Positions 7,780 to 15,259 of a stretch of 59,689 nucleotides of DNA are shown here, piece after piece. The stretch spans positions 1 through 59,689 of the forward strand of contig CAZJKG010000001.1 in assembly GCA_964546795.1 (NCBI GenBank), in the 5' to 3' direction. Below the pieces are notes generated by a model, which did not search any database, had not been told where the DNA came from, and worked only from the letters and a program-made list of their open reading frames with translations. Every line of letters starts with the position of its first letter. Position 1 is the first letter of the stretch. The position numbers and the translations under genes were made by a program. This stretch comes from an uncultured Candidatus Saccharibacteria bacterium (GTDB lineage Bacteria > Patescibacteriota > Minisyncoccia > Phycocordibacterales > Phycocordibacteraceae).

Positions 7780-9093
7780 ATGCCACCAATCGCCAGCTCA
7801 ATACAAAAGCAGTTCAAAATATTAGAACCTCGTGAGGAGTGGTCTTTTAGAGATGCAGGTCGTTCTCAGACCACCGCCTTCTCTCATGACTACCACCGTT
7901 ACCCAGCAAAATTTATTCCACAGATCGTCCGCAAACTGATCGAAGATTACGCGCCAAGCACTGAGCAAATAGTCTGTGATCCATTCGGTGGATGTGGGAC
8001 GACTCTGGTGGAAGCAAAACTGCTAGGACATCCCAGCATCGGTTTTGATATCAACCCTGTTGCGAAATTGATAACCCAAACAAAGACTACCGCGATCAAG
8101 CCACGCACCCTTACAAATCACAAGCAGAAATTTTTAGAGTACTACGATATGGCACCTAAGATTTCCTACGAGCACCATCCTCGCATTACCTACTGGTTCG
8201 ACGAGGAAACAATCACCGAATTAGACAGAATTTATTTTGCGGTAAAGAAAATAGAGAATCATAATGTCCGCAGGTTTTTCCTCTGTGCCTTTTCACACAA
8301 CCTTAAAAACTGCTCGCGCTGGCTGATGAAAAGCATCAAGCCAACCATCGACAAGGATAAAATCATACCCGTCCCAAAACAGTCTTTCCTCCGGCATCTT
8401 GATTCAATGATTAGAAAGAACGAGTTGTTCTATACGAAGCTGGCTGAATCCGGACGCACTAAGGTCTCCGCTAAGATGTATCGCCGAGATTCCACTAAGA
8501 CATTCTCGATGGAGTCTGAATCGGTAGATTTAATCGTTACGTCTCCACCCTACGTCACCTCATATGAATACGCTGATCTTCACCAGCTGACGCTTCTATG
8601 GTTCGGGGATGATCCTAAGCATTTCAAAAAATGGCATCATTTTAGTAATGGATTTATAGACTTTCGTCGAACTTTTATCGGCACAAGTTCAAAAGCTAAA
8701 AAAACTGGTGACTTCAACAGCACCATAGGAAAAAAGATTGTCGACGATCTTATGCTAGTTGAACGTCCACTCGCTATCGATGTCGCAAATTATTTTCTGG
8801 ATATGCAAAAAGTATTCGCCGAAACTCACCGAATCCTTAAGAAGGGTGGAAAGGCCTGCGTGATTATTGGCAATACCAATCTTCGAGGCGTAGAAATTCA
8901 AAACGCGCAGGTTGCGGCAGAACAGATGCAGGCCGCTGGTTTTACCAAAGTAGATTTTATAAAACGCGAAATCCCTAATAAGATGATTACTCCGTGGCGC
9001 GACACTGAGAGCGGCAAATTTACAGGCATGGACAATCCGTCAAAAACTCGTGCTTACGAATTTGAGTATGTAGTTGTGATGGAAAAGAATTAA
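7780..9093 (+). CDS. DNA methyltransferase, N4/N6 (amino-MTase) family, motif I before motif IV
   Basis: 437 aa. AdoMet-binding VCDPFGGCGTTLVEAKLLG near the N-terminus and catalytic LIVTSPPYVTSYEY about 190 aa later. An SPPY tetrapeptide is more typical of N4-cytosine enzymes (inference). Confidence 0.85.
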   Translation: MPPIASSIQKQFKILEPREEWSFRDAGRSQTTAFSHDYHRYPAKFIPQIVRKLIEDYAPSTEQIVCDPFGGCGTTLVEAKLLGHPSIGFDINPVAKLITQTKTTAIKPRTLTNHKQKFLEYYDMAPKISYEHHPRITYWFDEETITELDRIYFAVKKIENHNVRRFFLCAFSHNLKNCSRWLMKSIKPTIDKDKIIPVPKQSFLRHLDSMIRKNELFYTKLAESGRTKVSAKMYRRDSTKTFSMESESVDLIVTSPPYVTSYEYADLHQLTLLWFGDDPKHFKKWHHFSNGFIDFRRTFIGTSSKAKKTGDFNSTIGKKIVDDLMLVERPLAIDVANYFLDMQKVFAETHRILKKGGKACVIIGNTNLRGVEIQNAQVAAEQMQAAGFTKVDFIKREIPNKMITPWRDTESGKFTGMDNPSKTRAYEFEYVVVMEKN

Positions 9094-11612
9094 ACAATTT
9101 TCCTTATCATGCCAGGTAGGGCTTTCCCAATAGCACGCATAGCAGAACCGAGAATCAGGTCCTTATCAGGATCGTTTTTTAATTCAAAGTAAAGATACAG
9201 AGAATAAATATAGGTGTCAGCAATATATTTATTTTCCGCACTTCCAACCTTATCAAGGCCCACCATCTTTTTTAGGTCCTTCAAGGGTTTGGAATCCACA
9301 TTTAGATTAACTATCAATCCTTGCGTTCGAGAGGAGTCAACACTGGCCACGCTATGCTCATTCCATCCATGGGTTGGCCAATCTCTTTCGTAAACAGGGT
9401 TTCTTTTTGGTTCGTTAAGCTTCGAACTTTCTTCGGGAGATATGACCTCGATTGGTATAGAGATATCAAACTTATGATCACCGTCATTGTTAATCAGTAT
9501 TTTGGCATCTGGTATTTTTCCTAATTTTTCAGTGGCGGCATAAAAGGTGACTTCAAGAATGCCGTCATTTAAACGAAATTTCTTTAGCCGTAAATCGTCA
9601 CGATCTTCAAACTCAAATGACCCAGGATCAGCTTCCCGGGTAAAGTAGTCATTTGCAACATCCGTAGCAAAACTGAATTTTTTATTTGTTTTTGACGGAA
9701 TTCTTAACGTTTCCTTTAGTGGCTTAAAGTATGTTGGGAAATATGAACCTTCGTAAGGAGGCGTCTCGATTATTTTGAAAGTAACCGTTTGTTCAAATTT
9801 CTTTACTTTCTCGGAGTCTAGCAGAGTGAAAGTAATTTTATCTTGATCACCAACTTTGGCATTTTCTCTACAATCTACACGGAGGGAGACAATGCCCTTA
9901 TTCATACTGCGAACAACGACATCGAGGAGGGTTGAATCTTTCGACCAATCAATGTAATAGCGGTTCTTTTTTCTGGTAAAGAGTTTGTCTTCCGCGTCGG
10001 TCTTAAAAGATATAAGGGTATAGGAAGATTTATCGACCTCCTTGGGCTGGCTTCCTACAAGTTCAAACATCTTTGGATGTTCTTCGCCGACATACTTCTC
10101 TTTATCCTCGTCTTTCCCTTTCGGAATCTTAATTTCTTCACCGATACCGAGTAGCTCTTTTAGTTCAGGATCGTCAACAATTGCTCTCTCTATAAGCTTA
10201 TCAAGTTCCTTATTATCCTCATTAGAACTTGCCAAGCTTTTTTCTTGATATTCCCTATCCCATTTCTCGAAAATCTCATTTTCAAAGAATTTTTTTAGAC
10301 GATCTCTCAGGGTGTGATAATCTTCAGTGCGAGCTAATTCCTCTCTTCCAGAATGAAAGATGTTTGCTAGTTCGACTGGAATATCCGACATATCAATATA
10401 ACAGAGCAGATAGGGAGCTAGAGCAGGAAGTTGACAATCTGTTCGCACAAAAGATTCATTCTCATATCCTAGTGCCAAGCCATTTTCCAGATAGAATATT
10501 TTCTGATTTAGTTCTTTATAAGATTTTACTCCTTCGGCATCGCTTATATGCCTCAAGCGAATGCATCGAATATTACGAGTTCCTATCTCACCCAAACCCG
10601 CTGGAAGTGTGATGTCGTCATTGATAATGTTTTTATTATCCTCAATTCGTCTAAGCAAACCCGCAATTGTATATTTTGTATCTCCCTTCCACCCTCTCTT
10701 GTCTTGCAAAAAGATAGGGAGTGGAGGTTTCTGTAATTTCTGATCAAAATCAAAAGCTAGTGAATGGAATCCGAAAGTTATGTTTGATGGATTATCCAGA
10801 TAATAGTCGTACAGACGAATGAGACAGCCATCGATAAAATCAATTTCTAAACCATCAATTTTTATTGGATTATCATAAGGAAAAGAAAAAATGCCCTCAG
10901 TTATGTCGGTACAGTATTCGTAATAGGGAACCCTATTTTTATAACTACGTCTCACCAAAGTGAATCCCCAATCGTTCTTCTCATTTTTATCAGCAATACT
11001 TTCTGCGCGTCGGGATAGAACGAGTTGGTAGCATTTAGATTTGCCACCGGCGAAGCGTATGGCTGCTGATCCGCCTTGATGGTACTTACCAAAGACAAAA
11101 TTAATCTTCTCTTTTATACTCTCACTCAATCCAACGATAGTATCTTGGATTCTATTAGGAGTTTGCCCTTCTCCACGATCAATAATAGTAATTGTCGGCC
11201 TCTTTTTATCACCCTCAGCTAAAACGACTAAGTGTTGCCTTGCCCACGCGCTTCGGTTTTTATTTATCTCCTCCTCACTCCCGAAATATTTTGTAATTGC
11301 TTCAGATAGAGTTTTTGGTAATCGTGGATCACCACTACTAGGATGCACACCTTCCACTTCGTAGCATCGTCTCATTAACAATGCGTCCGTAGAATTTGTT
11401 ATTTTTTCAACCAAAGCATTACTTGAGCTTTTCATCTGCCCCTCAATCTGCGGAGCATTAAGTTCACGCCCACCATACGGCACCCATTTAGAGTTTTCGG
11501 GTCCAAAAAATGCTTCACTTTCGATCAAAGAGGCTATCTCTTCTGAAGAAACAGTACCGAGTAGTTTAAAAAATATTTCTTTGTTCAGCTTTTGATTCAT
11601 ATTTATTTTCAT
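9090..11612 (-). CDS. GHKL-superfamily (MORC/HATPase_c_3-like) ATPase, large uncharacterised C-terminal region
   Basis: 840 aa. N-box ALVEKITNSTDALL, G1 box ITIIDRGEGQT, G2-like GKYHQGGSAAIRF in the first 200 aa or so. I recognised no domain in the remaining 600 aa or so. Its stop codon overlaps the MTase stop (TTAA at 9090-9093). Confidence 0.75.
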   Translation of the reverse strand: MKINMNQKLNKEIFFKLLGTVSSEEIASLIESEAFFGPENSKWVPYGGRELNAPQIEGQMKSSSNALVEKITNSTDALLMRRCYEVEGVHPSSGDPRLPKTLSEAITKYFGSEEEINKNRSAWARQHLVVLAEGDKKRPTITIIDRGEGQTPNRIQDTIVGLSESIKEKINFVFGKYHQGGSAAIRFAGGKSKCYQLVLSRRAESIADKNEKNDWGFTLVRRSYKNRVPYYEYCTDITEGIFSFPYDNPIKIDGLEIDFIDGCLIRLYDYYLDNPSNITFGFHSLAFDFDQKLQKPPLPIFLQDKRGWKGDTKYTIAGLLRRIEDNKNIINDDITLPAGLGEIGTRNIRCIRLRHISDAEGVKSYKELNQKIFYLENGLALGYENESFVRTDCQLPALAPYLLCYIDMSDIPVELANIFHSGREELARTEDYHTLRDRLKKFFENEIFEKWDREYQEKSLASSNEDNKELDKLIERAIVDDPELKELLGIGEEIKIPKGKDEDKEKYVGEEHPKMFELVGSQPKEVDKSSYTLISFKTDAEDKLFTRKKNRYYIDWSKDSTLLDVVVRSMNKGIVSLRVDCRENAKVGDQDKITFTLLDSEKVKKFEQTVTFKIIETPPYEGSYFPTYFKPLKETLRIPSKTNKKFSFATDVANDYFTREADPGSFEFEDRDDLRLKKFRLNDGILEVTFYAATEKLGKIPDAKILINNDGDHKFDISIPIEVISPEESSKLNEPKRNPVYERDWPTHGWNEHSVASVDSSRTQGLIVNLNVDSKPLKDLKKMVGLDKVGSAENKYIADTYIYSLYLYFELKNDPDKDLILGSAMRAIGKALPGMIRKIV

Positions 11613-11637
11613 ATTTATGTTCTTGGAGAGGAGCTAT

Positions 11638-11868
11638 TTATAAGCGGAACTCTCGGTTTTTGGGGAAGTGGAATTTTGCCTTAACTTCCTTTAATTTACG
11701 TTCAATTTCATAAAATATTTTATCCACGTCCTCCTCGGTATATTGATAAGCTTGTCTATTTGCACAATTTCCAAGCACCTTAAGCCTTCGGAGAACAGTG
11801 TTCGTGCGAAGCGTGGCCAACCTTTTGAATCTTTCTTGAGGGGTCTCTTTTTTATTTGGCTTTTCCAT
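11638..11868 (-). CDS. small basic hypothetical protein, first gene of the GHKL operon
   Basis: 76-aa ORF ending 25 nt upstream of the GHKL ATPase start, same strand. Minus-strand TATAAT (11874-11879) lies 5 nt upstream of its ATG. Confidence 0.6.
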   Translation of the reverse strand: MEKPNKKETPQERFKRLATLRTNTVLRRLKVLGNCANRQAYQYTEEDVDKIFYEIERKLKEVKAKFHFPKNREFRL

Positions 11869-11937
11869 AATATATTATATTTATCACATCTAGTTTACAG
11901 ATGCAAGGGTGTTATGCCCTTTATAAGGGTAGTCTAA

Positions 11938-11949
11938 ATGAAAAGATAA
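11938..11949 (+). other. displaced original 5' end of mnmA at attL (ATG AAA AGA then element-derived TAA)
   Basis: Joining 11938-11946 to 16997 onward gives ATG AAA AGA AAG GTC TTC GTC GGG..., which translates to MKRKVFVGLSGGVDS, a canonical MnmA N-terminus. Confidence 0.6.
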
Positions 11950-12068
11950 GACGAGTCAATAAGATACACACCCATCCATCTATCGTAAGATAGGCAAAAG
12001 TGATAGAATAAAATCAACAGTTAAATAAGCGCCTCACGAGGCAACCTGAAAGGTATTCCGAGTCCAAG

Positions 12069-12119
12069 GGCTCGCGATCTACGTCACTTTTGTGATTACG
12101 GATCGCGAGCCTTTTGTTT
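12069..12119 (+). terminator. strong hairpin plus T-run just inside attL (insulating terminator or attenuator)
   Basis: GGCTCGCGATC-21 nt-GATCGCGAGCC followed by TTTTGTTT. No plus-strand ORF lies upstream of it inside the element. Confidence 0.45.
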
Positions 12120-12134
12120 AACTGGACAATAAAT

Positions 12135-12704
12135 ATGAAAAATAAGTATGAGAAATTGAGCTTTATTAAAGCTCTCATAAGCCAGCTGGATAATTTGTCC
12201 CGTGTACCGGCCAAGGTTTATTTTAATTATACTTCCGCAAGTTTTGATATTAATCAGCAAAAGGAAGTTTTAGCGGAGCTTAAAAAGAAAAAGTTGATAT
12301 CGAGCTACCGATGGAACGAGGACGATTTTATAATCACCAAGCCAAGCAGGAGAGGTCTTTTTGAATACTGGCTGAAGCTACATATAGAACCGGTCCCGGA
12401 ACAAAAGCCGATTGACACGAGAATAATTTTTAACGAGAAAACCGGCGACATCGTCCGGGCCGGAAAGGTGTGTCCGATCCCTATCAGCACAAACCAATAT
12501 TTTCTTTGCAAGGCTTTATTCGCTGTTCCTTTCGGCACGCCGGTAACGGAGATCGACATCATGGAAGCGGCCGATCTGGCGAGAAGGGAACCCAAGCGAA
12601 GCATACGCGACGCCAAAACGGCGGTGAATAAGAAAATAAAGGCCAAATTCGGCATAGACGAGTTTATATGCTGGAAAAACCAGCGGGCTTGGATCAGAAA
12701 ATAA
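12135..12704 (+). CDS. hypothetical protein with possible C-terminal winged-helix DNA-binding region
   Basis: 189 aa from ATG 12135 (MKNKYEKL...). The C-terminal segment TEIDIMEAADLARREPKRSIRDAKTAVNKKIK resembles wHTH regulators (weak). Confidence 0.6.
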   Translation: MKNKYEKLSFIKALISQLDNLSRVPAKVYFNYTSASFDINQQKEVLAELKKKKLISSYRWNEDDFIITKPSRRGLFEYWLKLHIEPVPEQKPIDTRIIFNEKTGDIVRAGKVCPIPISTNQYFLCKALFAVPFGTPVTEIDIMEAADLARREPKRSIRDAKTAVNKKIKAKFGIDEFICWKNQRAWIRK

Positions 12705-12748
12705 ACTGCGAGTCCGGGTGACTCGAAGGTGAATCGCGGGCGCGGGAG

Positions 12749-12777
12749 CAGACTGGAAGAAAACAGTCTGTTTTTTT
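12749..12777 (+). terminator. rho-independent terminator
   Basis: CAGACTG-GAAGAAAA-CAGTCTG followed by TTTTTTT. Confidence 0.6.
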
Positions 12778-12781
12778 ATTT

Positions 12782-12958
12782 ATGAGAATAAAAAGGTCGC
12801 CACAATTCAAAATCGAAACGATTTACCGGGAAGTGCCGGACAAGAAGGATCGTATCCGGCAACTTTGGGATTTATTGATATCCCTGCCGGAGCAGGAAGA
12901 TAAGAAAATAGAAAATAAGAATCCTTATGAAAATCAAAAAATCACAGCCAACGTATAA
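12782..12958 (+). CDS. possible 58-aa ORF (below the ORF-track cutoff)
   Basis: ATG 12782 to TAA 12956-12958 (MRIKRSPQFKIETIYREVPDKKDRIRQLWDLL...). It fills the gap between the terminator and the next gene and overlaps the 12927 start by 32 nt. Confidence 0.3.
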   Translation: MRIKRSPQFKIETIYREVPDKKDRIRQLWDLLISLPEQEDKKIENKNPYENQKITANV

Positions 12959-13181
12959 CACCACCGACTTCTATTTGAGTTGTTTTCTTCTAGCAAGAGG
13001 GATACAGCTCATAGGACTCAATCAAACCGATGATCCGGGTCGTCGGTCTTTTGTGTTTGTGGAATCGGAAATGCGATCCGTGCTCATGAACGAGTACAAC
13101 TTTGACGGAGAAGCGGAAATCAACGTGAGAGATTTTATATCGGCCATACGCAAACTCAAGACTCTCTTATACGAAAAATAA
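12927..13181 (+). CDS. DUF5659-like small protein
   Basis: 84 aa. TTDFYLSCFLLARGIQLIGL...RRSFVFVES matches my recollection of the DUF5659 pattern common in phage and CPR elements. Confidence 0.55.
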   Translation: MKIKKSQPTYNTTDFYLSCFLLARGIQLIGLNQTDDPGRRSFVFVESEMRSVLMNEYNFDGEAEINVRDFISAIRKLKTLLYEK

Positions 13182-13182
13182 T

Positions 13183-13953
13183 ATGGCCAACATCCCAAAC
13201 ACAACTCAAACGCCTAACATCATTTTCAACGGCTTGATGAAAGAGATGTCTGACACCGAGCTTCGTGTCGTGCTTATCGTTACCCGGGCCACACTCGGCT
13301 GGGTTTTGGATAGGGAGAAGGGAATGCGAAAAGAGGAGGATTGGATTTCACACTATCAGCTGAAGCAAAAGACCGGCCGTGAGTCCGGCGCCATATCTAA
13401 AGCCATTGACCGGTGTATCCAGAAAGGATGGATAGAAGCCAGAGACCACGGTGGCGAACTGTTGGATACCAAAGACAAGCGACGTGGCAAAAATATCTAC
13501 TACCGCTTGGGTCCAGCAATCCTTTTGAGAACATCTTCGGAAAGCGAAGATGTATATGTAACCTCTTCCAAAAGCGAACTTCATAAACCGAATTTCGCAA
13601 AGCAAAGTATACAAAAGGTAATCCCTACAAAACTAACTATACAAAAAACTATATTGCCGACTCTGGAGGATATCGAGATATCCATGACCTTAAAAGAGTT
13701 TGTTGATTGGTGCAGTAAGAGTAGTCAAAAGCACATTCGGATCATCGGTAACTGGGCAGACACCATAGAGCCAGATTTTAAGACCAAACAGCAGTGGGAG
13801 GCATTTCTGAAAAGAAATCTAAGAGCGGCCAAGAATCTTGAGCCATTCGAGGATAAACGACTGATCGAAGGATTCAAGAAAATCCAGGAAGCGGCAAAAC
13901 AGGGTTGGCTCAAGAAATACACACTGGAGACTCTCTTTAAATTCATCGTATGA
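13183..13953 (+). CDS. replication-initiator-like protein (phage replication protein O N-terminal-like wHTH)
   Basis: 256 aa. TQTPNIIFNGLMKEMSDTELRVVLIVTRATLGWVLDRE...ISHYQLKQKTGRESGAISKAIDRCIQKGWI follows the Rep_O N-terminal pattern. Confidence 0.6.
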   Translation: MANIPNTTQTPNIIFNGLMKEMSDTELRVVLIVTRATLGWVLDREKGMRKEEDWISHYQLKQKTGRESGAISKAIDRCIQKGWIEARDHGGELLDTKDKRRGKNIYYRLGPAILLRTSSESEDVYVTSSKSELHKPNFAKQSIQKVIPTKLTIQKTILPTLEDIEISMTLKEFVDWCSKSSQKHIRIIGNWADTIEPDFKTKQQWEAFLKRNLRAAKNLEPFEDKRLIEGFKKIQEAAKQGWLKKYTLETLFKFIV

Positions 13954-14438
13954 AATACAACCAACCGGCGGAAGCCACAAAAACCGAATACGATCTGAAT
14001 AATCCGGAGGAAAAGAAAACTATCAGGGACTTTGAAGTCCTGCTTGAGAATTTGAAAACCGTACCGCTCAAATATCCGCTCTGGGTTTATGGAGAACCGA
14101 AAGAGGTGATCCCTGCGTTCAAATTCGGCAAGCGAGAATTTCCGGAAAGTATAAACCCAAGACGTATTCGCAATGACATCGTCGGTCTCACCGATGCTGG
14201 TATCGTTCAACACCTGCTCGAGGTCAAAGCCATATCCCGTCGCCATGTGAAAAAAGAACATCCGAATTATGGCTGGGCGGTGGGTCCCGATCTGAAAGCA
14301 TACGAGGATTTTTATAAGAAACAGCGAGCCCTCGAGGAACTCAAAGATAAACGTGTGTACGCCGAGCAAAAAGACGAGGAATCTTTTGACGCGCTTATCG
14401 AAGGTCGTGAGGGGCTAATCAAATCAATGAAGCCATGA
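13950..14438 (+). CDS. hypothetical protein (element)
   Basis: 162-aa ORF, ATGA overlap with the upstream gene, same-strand operon. Confidence 0.6.
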   Translation: MKYNQPAEATKTEYDLNNPEEKKTIRDFEVLLENLKTVPLKYPLWVYGEPKEVIPAFKFGKREFPESINPRRIRNDIVGLTDAGIVQHLLEVKAISRRHVKKEHPNYGWAVGPDLKAYEDFYKKQRALEELKDKRVYAEQKDEESFDALIEGREGLIKSMKP

Positions 14439-14632
14439 ATAAATACAGCAAGGAAATGGAGAACGCCATAAATGTGCTCAAAAGGAATCCGGTCAAAGGG
14501 GCGGAAATAGTATTGTCCCTACTGAAAAGTAAAGATGACATGGTAAAGCTTGAAGCGGCCGCATTCATTCTTGATCGGGTCATGGGGAAGCCAAAGGCGA
14601 TGCCGAACAGGAGTAGAAGAAACTCTACTTAA
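14435..14632 (+). CDS. hypothetical protein (element)
   Basis: 65-aa ORF, ATGA overlap with the upstream gene. Confidence 0.5.
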   Translation: MNKYSKEMENAINVLKRNPVKGAEIVLSLLKSKDDMVKLEAAAFILDRVMGKPKAMPNRSRRNST

Positions 14633-14643
14633 CACAACTTTTT

Positions 14644-15219
14644 ATGGCCAAACTGAAACACATAACCAAATACCACGAACGAGCGCTCGAACTGAAATAT
14701 AAAGGGTATTCCTACCAAAATATCGCCGAGGACATCAATAGGAAATTTGAAAAAAGTAGAAAAGCCAAATTCACCGAGCAAAGCGTAAAAGATTGGTTCA
14801 AACAATCCGGAACATTGCAGGAAACCTATAGGCTCTACGCGCAGGAACTGGATATCATCCATCAAGAAACCGTGGACATAGTCCGGAAAGCCGGTGTGCG
14901 TGTTCGTGAGCAGAATTTTCGCTTGGCCAATGAGATGCTCGTAGCTCTTATGGGAAGTCAGAATGACGGCGTGAAGCTCGCGGCCATCAAGGAACTTTTA
15001 GATCGTGTAGAGGGTCATCCTAAAGACCGCATTGAGCTTAGCAAGATCAACTTTAAAGATATGTCACCGGGCGATCGATGGGAGTTTATTCCTTACGAGA
15101 TGCAACTTGCTCTGGCACGCAATCAATACCCCGATGCCAAGGCCGCGATCATAAAAAAGTGGCTTGCGGACGGAGAACCAGCTGTGGGCAACTCGAGCTT
15201 AGCGGATGAGCAAAATTAG
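14644..15219 (+). CDS. hypothetical HTH-like protein (element)
   Basis: 191 aa. N-terminal ERALELKYKGYSYQNIAEDINRKF resembles an HTH. It ends inside the 5' region of the recombinase ORF. Confidence 0.6.
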   Translation: MAKLKHITKYHERALELKYKGYSYQNIAEDINRKFEKSRKAKFTEQSVKDWFKQSGTLQETYRLYAQELDIIHQETVDIVRKAGVRVREQNFRLANEMLVALMGSQNDGVKLAAIKELLDRVEGHPKDRIELSKINFKDMSPGDRWEFIPYEMQLALARNQYPDAKAAIIKKWLADGEPAVGNSSLADEQN

Positions 15220-15259
15220 TATAGGGTGCTGTGTTGAGAACGAAGATGAGCATAAAAAT

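Noticed and set aside
13725-14369. 214-aa minus-strand ORF inside the integrative element
   Set aside because: The plus-strand ORFs form an uninterrupted, start/stop-overlapping operon leading to the recombinase. The minus-strand translation is low-complexity and Phe/Leu/Arg-rich.
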